Assembly (NCBI GenBank): GCA_039545335.1
Contig: BCIN01000005.1
Span: 896,641-960,640, forward strand
Origin: Kondoa subrosea
Taxonomy: Eukaryota
Direction: 5' to 3'
DNA length: 64,000 nt
The translations under genes were made by a program, and so were the position numbers. Below are positions 56,001 to 64,000 of the stretch, piece after piece. The notes under the pieces are model-generated. The model did no database searches and had not been told where the DNA came from. It saw only the letters and a list, made by a program, of their open reading frames with translations. The number at the start of each line of letters is the position of its first letter. Position 1 is the first letter of the stretch.

Positions 56001-57553
56001 TCATTTGGATACATCTGGATACACATCGAACCGCCTTTGAATCAGCAGAGGAATGTTCTGCCTCGTCTTATTGATCAGATCAATATCTAATTCGGGCGTA
56101 AGCATAGTTCCACGAGAGAATTTGGGCGAGTCTCACCTATCAAAGCATGTACGATCGATTCCTTCTCATCTGTCGTAGCAACTACTTTCCCTCTACAACC
56201 ATTGTGAGAATAGTCCGAGAAGATGTAGCGTACGTACGTCGGATCTACGACCATTGAATGACCGTATGATGGGTAACCACTTTCCGGTCGAGCAGGCGAA
56301 GCAGTGACCACATAGATCTGGTTATCTACCGCTCTAATACTGACATTAGCGTATATCGAGGAGAAAGAAAGCAATCTTACCTCGCTCGCTGAAGCAGTTC
56401 CCAGTATATAGGTCCTTGACTTCACTTCAGCGAGACTTTGCTTTGCATGCTTTGTAATTTACCTGTTGTTGTGTTGAATGCGCCAGGATCTATAACAAAT
56501 CAGCGGACTTCATCGATGCAGGGACAGAGCGTACAGATCATAGCTATTGCGCCTTTCCTTGCTGCAATGGTAGCCATCTCCGCAAAGCGTAAATCATAGC
56601 AAATACCAAGCCCAAGCTTGCCGAATTCTGTTTAGATCCTATTGAGATCGCTCATGGATAGTAAGAAGGACCTGACCCACCTGTATCGAAAGTCGTGACT
56701 TTATTTCCGCCTGTAAGGGTAGTTGATTCTTTGAAAGTAATACCGCCAGGTATCTGCACAAAGAATCAGGTCTGGCCAGGATTGTCTCAAGCAACGAAAA
56801 CTAACATCGATATCGAATCTGTGGCCGTTCAACAAGAGTAAATCGTTTGGAACGTGAGAAACCCACAAATGCAGCTTCCGATGTATTTCGACCAGCTCTC
56901 CTGATCGATTGTAGACAGTAGCAGTATTGTAGATCTTATTCGCCTTGACGTCTTTCTGAGGTATTGATCCTTGTAAAGGGATTAGCTGTGTTATGTTTCC
57001 TTTGAAGAAAAGGCATTCACCTCCCACAAGCCAAACACCAGCGTCTTTGGCCAATGTGGAAAGTACTTTCACAGACTCGCTAGGAGATGCAGAAACATCA
57101 TACTTTGAGCCTGACTGAAAATTGATTTCTAACATCCGGATGAGCATTATGAGCTCTGACATCAAGCAAACAAAAGCCGCTCACCTTCGCAATAATTTGG
57201 AAAGTGCTCATGACCATAAGGAGAGTTAAAGCATTCCCTGATACAGAACAAAAGAGACTCAGAACAGACAAATACAGCTCCGAGATGGGATAAAGCGAAC
57301 GGAAGAACAACAAGATCAGGTTTCTCTTTAGCTTGCACAGCTTCCGAGAAGAGTTTCTTTGCTCGCTCGAGGTTCTCAGACTTGTTAGAGGTAGTACCGC
57401 CCAGCCTGAAATGATCACACATTCAGATGACACATTCGAAGGACCTGAGGGAAGACAGGAACGGAACTGAATAGCAGCGACTCTGAAAGACTTGCCAGTG
57501 GCTTTGGGAACAGATACAGATGTAGACATGCTTCTGCTCAGACTCCTTAACAT
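56001..57553 (-). CDS. Nitrilase-superfamily omega-amidase (NIT2/Nit3-like)
   Basis: [18 protein letters not shown] and [10 protein letters not shown] carry the E-K-C triad. Confidence 0.92.
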
Positions 57554-57812
57554 GGACGGGTTAGGTCAAGCGAGTCCCCTTCGATTATTGCAATTCTTCG
57601 ACCTTGCTCTTGCACAGTGACGCCCACTGCCTTGTGATATTCTGCTGCTGCTATATCCATCCAGCCTCATCACATAAGCGAGCGGCCAAGTGCTCTCGTG
57701 TCTCTCTACCCCAAGAATCAGATCAAATTCCGGAGAGTCGTTCTGAATCTAAGGACTCAGGCCATATTCACAAGATTAGCTATGCTTCGCTAAGCACAAC
57801 CAAAAGGCGCAA

Positions 57813-60227
57813 ATGAACTTTCTCAACATCCTGTCGCCTCGACCACATCTGGCTTCACCACCTCATTCACCTAAACGAGACAAGAAGCGCTACACCAATA
57901 CTTACTCTGATCCACGTCGACCCTCTCTCAGTCAATCAAAAGAGTCTTCTAAGCGATCAACAGAGAGCTCTGGCTTGCCTCTAGCAGACAAATTGCCCAT
58001 TGTCGAAGGGTCATCATCATCCGAACCTGAAGCGCAAAGCGAAGATGCTGCATCGCCTATACCTTCCGCTCCTTCTACACCAGAACGACAACCAGCGTTG
58101 TTGCCCGCAAACGATATCATGGAATTGCCTCCTTGGACTATTTCAGCGACGGATCCAAGTTTGTTCCCCTCTGTACCTTTTTGGGCCGAGGAACCTAGGC
58201 TGCTTGCAGCAAAGTATCAAGAGGAGCAAGTTCTTACACCTACTGCAGAACAGAAGCCTAATTTCACAACTGCCGAAGAACCTAATATAGAAAGTAAATC
58301 GGAACTAGCTTCAGAGGAGGACAAGGACGAAACAGATGATGAAAGAGAATCGCTATACGTAGCTGTTGGATCAACAAGATCTCGATCCAGTTCGATTATT
58401 ACTTCGCTAGAGAACGGGAAGTCACGTCAATATCATTCTGCTTTCCCCTTCGAACCTTCGGATACGGAACAAGACGGTCAATCGCAACCTCTGCTGAATA
58501 GAGAATGTCATCTACTACGCTCTTTCCTATCCTCCGGTAAGTTTGCATGTGTCAAAAGGAATTGTTTGTTTATAGATGCTCCCAGACGCTAGACTTTCAC
58601 TAGCAGTCGCTACACTAAACAGCTTACAAGATACAATAGAGGCAGAAGGGACGGCTGCGGATGCTCGTACTCGGCGATTGGCAGCTTTTCGTCGTTCAAG
58701 CTCTTTGCCTAGTCGCTATCCATCATCGAATGGTAATTCAGAACCTTTGGTTGTCACCAGTACAACGCCTCCTACTTCTCCGCCAACTCGTAGACAACGA
58801 ACAGCACCTTCTTCGCCCTCCCAAAGTCGCGCTCGATGGCTAGTCTCTATCATTCATATGTCACCTTCTTTACCAACTCCTTCACCAAACAATCTTGCTT
58901 CCGATGTTGAACAATACAACAACAATCAAAGACCTGCTCTTCGGCAAGCTTTGGCTGAAGTTCAATCCGCTCAATCTCATCTACTGCATTGTCTTTCTCG
59001 TTGGGCAAGTTGGATCATTCAATTGAGACAAAAGAGGAATCCTTCTTTGCCCAGTCAATCAAATGGCATCAGCTATAAAGAGAGAATCGTTTTCTTATCG
59101 CAAGCGATTGTTTGCGGTTACTTGACTGATAAATTAATGTGTCGATTATGTTTACGGGAAGGAGATATAGGATTGGAAAGACTGAAACAGACTGCATCAA
59201 GTATGGGAGAAGCTTTAGAAACGTTGAGGGATATAGTAAGGGATTGGGCAGCGATTGAAGCCAAGAAAGCAACACCGACTTCCTCACCTAAGAAATCTCG
59301 ATCTTCTTCTACCTTTTTACAGAAACGACCTTCTACTGGCGCAGCAGATCAACTGGATGTTTTCAGTCCTGATAGAGCTCGCAAATTGAGTGCTACCTCT
59401 TTGGTTTCGGTCAATCAAATCGAAGAGGTAGATGTTTTGAAAGCGTTTACGCAATTTGATGAGAGCTACCACTGTTTCGGTCAGCAATTGTAAGTCTTTT
59501 CTGTCATGTTAAGGTCAAAACCTAATTCTGGTTGGAAGGGTCTCTTCACATGTTTCTGCTTCGGAGAAGCGACGAGCAAGAAGAACAGCTCGTTTATACT
59601 CTCGTATGCAACAAGCTTGCGAGACACTCTCTTTGTCCAAAGAAGCACTACAAGTCCCGCCTTCGACTCATCTTCTGGTCGATTTCACACTTCGACAAGC
59701 TCTAGTCAGCAGTCTGTTAGAATCAGAAGACGATACTTCTGAACTCTCTCCTAAATTATTTGTCGTTATTCCTCGTTTATGCATTCTTTACGGTATTACA
59801 GAAGCAACTTTACCGACTGGTTGGGAAGAAGCATCCTCAACTTCGCCCGATTTGTTTATGGATCATTTCTTCCCTCGAATATGTAGAGTTATACCATTTT
59901 TTACCATCAAAACTATTCGCAATACATCTTTAAAGGATCGAACTACTTTGGAACAAATGTTAGCTGGTACTATTCCAGAAGAAGCGGATGAAGAACATTT
60001 AGCTGGTTTGTATAAAGCTATTTGTGCTGGTGCGGATCAAAGCTCTCAAGGTAGTGAAGCGAAAAGATGGGCTACAATCATGCAAGAAAGTTTGAGAGCT
60101 TTTGAAGATGGGTCGGAGGAAGCTTTGCCTAGTCCAGAAGAAGTAGTGAGTGTCTATTGTTTGTGATTGGAATGTGATTGATGTATATCAATAGGCGAGA
60201 GAGCTGTCTGCTAGCGTGATTGGCTGA
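57813..60227 (+). CDS. Large hypothetical protein (disordered N-terminus, helical C-terminus)
   Basis: Three long ORFs joined by GT-AG introns; no recognised domain. Confidence 0.65.
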
Positions 60228-60507
60228 GCATTGTAAGTACTTCTGAAGACTTGTCTGCGCTTACTGATATGTCATGGGCCAGATTGGAAGAGGATGATTG
60301 GTAGCGTAATGATTGTCGTCAGCAAGTGTACATCCATTGTGAAGTCGTGCTTCGTTCTTGTTATTGTATTGTCAGAGCATTTTGCATTTATTTTCATTCT
60401 CGCGTCTTTCGTTCACCGCCATGCAATACTGCTGACATCGCTTTATTCTCCCTGCACACTTTCTCAGACGCTCCTTTTGAATCAGCAACACACTCCCTTG
60501 TCGACAC

Positions 60508-61130
60508 ATGGCAGATCCCACAACCAATACATTGAAAGCTCTCAACGATGCGACTTTGACTGTGCGAGTCATCAAATCTTTCACTTATAGAACCGTCAAG
60601 CCTTTAGTGCTCCATCATTTGGATTTCACTACCCTTACAACGGGCGGATTGAAGGAATTGGTTATGCAGGGTGCGTCGAGGCAATCATAGGAAGTATGGT
60701 TCTCTTATATATCGTTTGCTTGCACAGAAGCAAAGACGAAGCCTGCATGGAAGGCATATAGAACTGTTGAGCTAGGTAAGTCATCCTGTCCTCAGCGTAC
60801 AGATTGGTGTTCTGATGTATAGCACAGATACCCTCAAATTATACACTGTAGCACATGGACATAAAGTGCATCTTTTCTGTCTCTTTTCGGCTTGCTCAAG
60901 AGCTGATGGGTTAAAGTAGACAACTAACCTAATCGTAAACTTGGAAGAAGATGCGAATTTATTCCCTGCGAACGAAGAACAAACGCTGGCGGATTGGGGA
61001 CTAGGTTAGCTCTTTGTACTCTCACAGAAATATGCTTACTGTGTGGACAGAAAATGAAGCGGAAATCTCATTCTTCAAGAAGGCGGATTATGAAGCTTTT
61101 CTGCTCAATCCGGAACAGAAGTGGATATGA
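60508..61130 (+). CDS. AIM29: UPF0538/C2orf76 (DUF2340) ubiquitin-like protein
   Basis: TLTVRVIKSFTYRTVK, DTLKLYTVAHGHKTTNLIVNLE and ENEAEISFF. Confidence 0.88.
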
Positions 61131-61915
61131 GGGGCTAGGCAGGGAGAGTCAGTAATAGTGAGCTGACTTAGTATCTTAAGTTTGCAACGAATGAATTGAT
61201 ATAATCGCATGCAGACATGTCAAATAGTTTGGTACTTGTCAAAACCGCGATGAACCCTCCGCTACCCTAGTCTACATCGTCTTGGTCAAATATCTCTTGA
61301 GCTTGCATCAACTAGCTCTCTACCGTGCAAGATCAGATAATTCCCTTACCGACTACTTTTTCATGCTTCTTCCGCTACATACTGTGGCTGCACCTGCAGT
61401 ACTTCTCAGATAACTTTTGATCTTGTGCTGTTCGTGCTCTCAGACTCTGTCTTTGCTCAGCCTCACGTGTATCATGACTTCTCACTCTACGCTTTATGTA
61501 TCTTCAAGCATCTTCCGGTCTGTAGTTTGCGTTTCTATTACCAGTTCGGACTCTTGAACGACTATCAACAGATGCTACAATTTCCGAGGATCATTGACAA
61601 ACAAAACTTGACTATTTGATGAAACGAGATTTTCAATTGGCTTCGTAGTCAGCTATAGCAGACACCTACGATACAAGAGTGGAACTTGCTGCCCGTCCTT
61701 CATCGCGTCCTGTTGTCGCATCCATCCCTACCCTATGTCGTGAACTGATTGTTGTCTCTACTGAATTTTTGCATATCACACCTAGTAAATATCTCATCTA
61801 GTAAATCCTACAAATTTTATTTTTAGCGTTGATAAATGTAAGACAGGTTCTCGCTTCCATCGAAATTTCATTCAATTTGGGGATGTAACTCAGTTGGTAG
61901 AGTGCCTGCTTAGCA

Positions 61916-61935
61916 TCCGGCTTAGGTCGCTTGTT
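61916..61935 (+). other. Canonical tRNA intron at position 37/38
   Basis: 20 nt starting one base 3' of the AGC anticodon; contains GCT complementary to the anticodon. Confidence 0.85.
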
Positions 61936-61955
61936 TGCATGAAGTCCACGTTTCG

Positions 61956-62007
61956 GTATGTCACAAACCTGTTGAGCATGGTCCTTTAACTCATGGATCC
62001 CTTGTAG
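61956..62007 (+). other. Spliceosomal-type (GT-AG) intron in the tRNA T-loop at position 57/58
   Basis: GTATGT donor, TTTAACTCAT branch-like region and CCCTTGTAG acceptor; 52 nt, like the mRNA introns here. Confidence 0.8.
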
Positions 62008-62033
62008 AATACGTGCTTCTCCACCATTATACC

Positions 62034-62038
62034 TTTTT
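62034..62038 (+). terminator. Pol III terminator (T5) of the tRNA gene
   Basis: First run of 4 or more T after the tRNA start, 10 nt past the discriminator base. Confidence 0.7.
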
Positions 62039-63402
62039 GCTCAGTTTACGCTTTCCTTTTGCTGCCATGCCTCACCAGGTTTCGAGAGGCCAGACGTTCT
62101 AAAGATTGGAAAAAAAGTGTAGATTTTTTTTCCCGCACATTCTTTGCCCAGTATGGCCTTTCCAACCACAGAATACGACAGAGCATCATCTAATACACCT
62201 CTCAACCAATTTCCAGCCTTATCGCATCACTAGATCTCTTACAGATCACTTTCATGCAAATCTCTGTGCCGAGAAATTTGACAGATTACGTAATCCGGGA
62301 AGTCAAGCCGCTCATTGTTCGAAACCATCTACATCTGCTTCAGCAAATGAGCTTGCATGAAATAAGCTGTCGGTTCAAGAAGCGATGTGGTGTATGACAA
62401 TTGCAATAACGAAATACAAGTAATCCCTGGCTCGCTTTCTTTCATTCATCGGCAGCAGCTCTTCGAGCCTAGACAAAGGCTCGGCAAACGCCGCACACCC
62501 GAGGAGAGAGAGAAACTGAACTCACCGACGCTTTCTTGATCAATTGAATTGCTCTCTGATTTTCCAACTTTTGGTCCATTCGCACAATTCTTCGAGCTAC
62601 ACCACGCCCCGTACAAAGGCGATCAAGCTGTGCATCTGCCATGTTCTTAGCACCTCGGATTGCCGAACCATCTGGAGCTCGCAAATGCTGGTCAAAATTT
62701 GCTCTGATCAGTTTAGTCAGCAACGCAAGGGAGATAGATCTGCAAGCCTTACAGAATTCTGTCCTTCCCTTTCAGCTTTGAAACATCGAAGACTGCCTCT
62801 GCGTCCCTTCCCACCAAGCGTCTTCTCAGCCTCTTACTCTCAGTATTGTGGCTTCTTGATGCTACTAGTTTGAAAATAGCTTTACAAGCGTATGAGAGGT
62901 GACCTTGAGATCCGACGAAATTGATGGCGAGAAGGAGGCAGTTGATTGTAAACCAGTGTCTCTAGTTTTGTAGGAAATCAAAAAGATGGAACATTTCAAG
63001 CAATCGCACGCCTGCCGGGATAAAGAACAAAGTCAAGCGACTCGAAGTGCAGGAAAGTAGATTGATGACACCGTGAAGAAGGGGCATGGATTAAGTTGGT
63101 CTAGCGATTCGCTAAAGTGCGATGCATGAAACCGCAGCGCAGTTAAGTAAAAGCAAGAGAAGCCTATGATAAATTGCATTCGCGAACCTTGGACATTTCT
63201 GGCTATTTAGAGACCGGAAGAGCTTCGAAATAGACAGAGCTTTGGCAATCTCTCGAAAAAGCGAAAGACAGATAGGAAACAGGGAAGATACGTCAAACAG
63301 CGCCCAGCCGTTGGAGTAATAAGCTGGCAGAAGATTCACCAGTACTGAATCCTTCATAGACATGCCGACGCGACATCAACCACCTTGCACTAGCCTCCCG
63401 CA

Positions 63403-64000
63403 TTAGAACAACCTGTTACGGAATTCTACCGATTTCAACTGAATCCAATCTTCCTTCTCGACTGGGTTTACCCAAACCAGCCCAGAACTCAGGTGCGAAA
63501 ACTCAAACAGCTTCTCTTCTTCCCTCATCACTTCTATAATCACTCGCCTAAACAAACAATGGTAGATTAAGAACCGCGCTATCTCCTCTTGCAACAAAGG
63601 CTCCACACAACGAAAGAAGAGTCTAAGATTTCCAACCCAATCCGCGGGGAAAGAGAAATCGACCAATTTCGGAAATGACAACGAATGACCAGCTTGCTGA
63701 TCTGATTGACATCAATAGCAGAGAAATAGCTATTCAATTGATTGCAGGAGAAGATACCAGGAAGATGAATGGTGAGCGTGACCAATTTGGAAATGCAAGG
63801 ACTTTCAAACAAAGCTTGAAAGAAGGTCTTCAAATAATCTGTTGATGCGTCGGATGACCCCTTTTCCACTTGTAGATGCAATAACTTTGGAAATACGTTG
63901 AAAAACTTTAGCCAGCTGAAAGCATCAAACTCTTCCTTAATAACCCCAATCTTTAATCCTACAACCTGCGGCAAGCGTGTCTTCTCGAGCTTGTCCAAGA
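63403..64000 (-). pseudogene. Frameshifted paralog of the F-box/LRR-like gene at 33090-34616; 5' part outside the window
   Basis: AFSWLKFFNVFPKLLHLQV..FFQALFES aligns with GLSWIKLLNTFPSLRYLTV..FFEALHES; similarity continues in another frame after about 63680. Confidence 0.65.

Larger units (their letters stand above)
61879..62023 (+). tRNA. tRNA-Ala(AGC) with two introns; exons 61879-61915, 61936-61955, 62008-62023
   Basis: Spliced 73-mer GGGGATGTAACTCAGTTGGTAGAGTGCCTGCTTAGCATGCATGAAGTCCACGTTTCGAATACGTGCTTCTCCA folds as a cloverleaf: G3:U70, A73, D-stem ACTC/GAGT, T-stem CACGT/ACGTG, T-loop TTCGAAT. Confidence 0.88.

Noticed and set aside
63081..63125. tRNA-Pro-like words (GGGGCAT...TTGGTCTAG...TTCGCT...GTGCGA)
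   Set aside because: No T-arm or acceptor 3' strand could be built, with or without an intron.

Overview
Compact, intron-rich fungal nuclear DNA. Introns are mostly about 50-65 nt GT-AG with CTRAY/CTCAT-like branch sites, and the gene content points to a basidiomycete yeast, probably Pucciniomycotina (inference). The window holds about 35 protein genes. Recognisable ones include a PhoD-like phosphatase, KRE6/SKN1, ETF-QO, an M13 peptidase, a GT32, RPS7, MED8, a thioesterase, F-box proteins, malate synthase, a Zn2Cys6 factor, MRPL32, an Angel/Ngl nuclease, a CAP64/CAS3-like protein, UDP-galactopyranose mutase, RPL26, an omega-amidase and AIM29; there are also several orphans and pseudogenes. 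The standout is a tRNA-Ala(AGC) gene at 61879-62023 with two introns: a normal 20-nt anticodon-loop intron, and a 52-nt mRNA-type (GTATGT...TAG) intron inside the TpsiC loop that splits the Pol III B box. Removing both gives an exact 73-nt cloverleaf with the G3:U70 alanine determinant. Gene models were built by eye, so exon boundaries are approximate and family calls come from motif recognition, not database searches.
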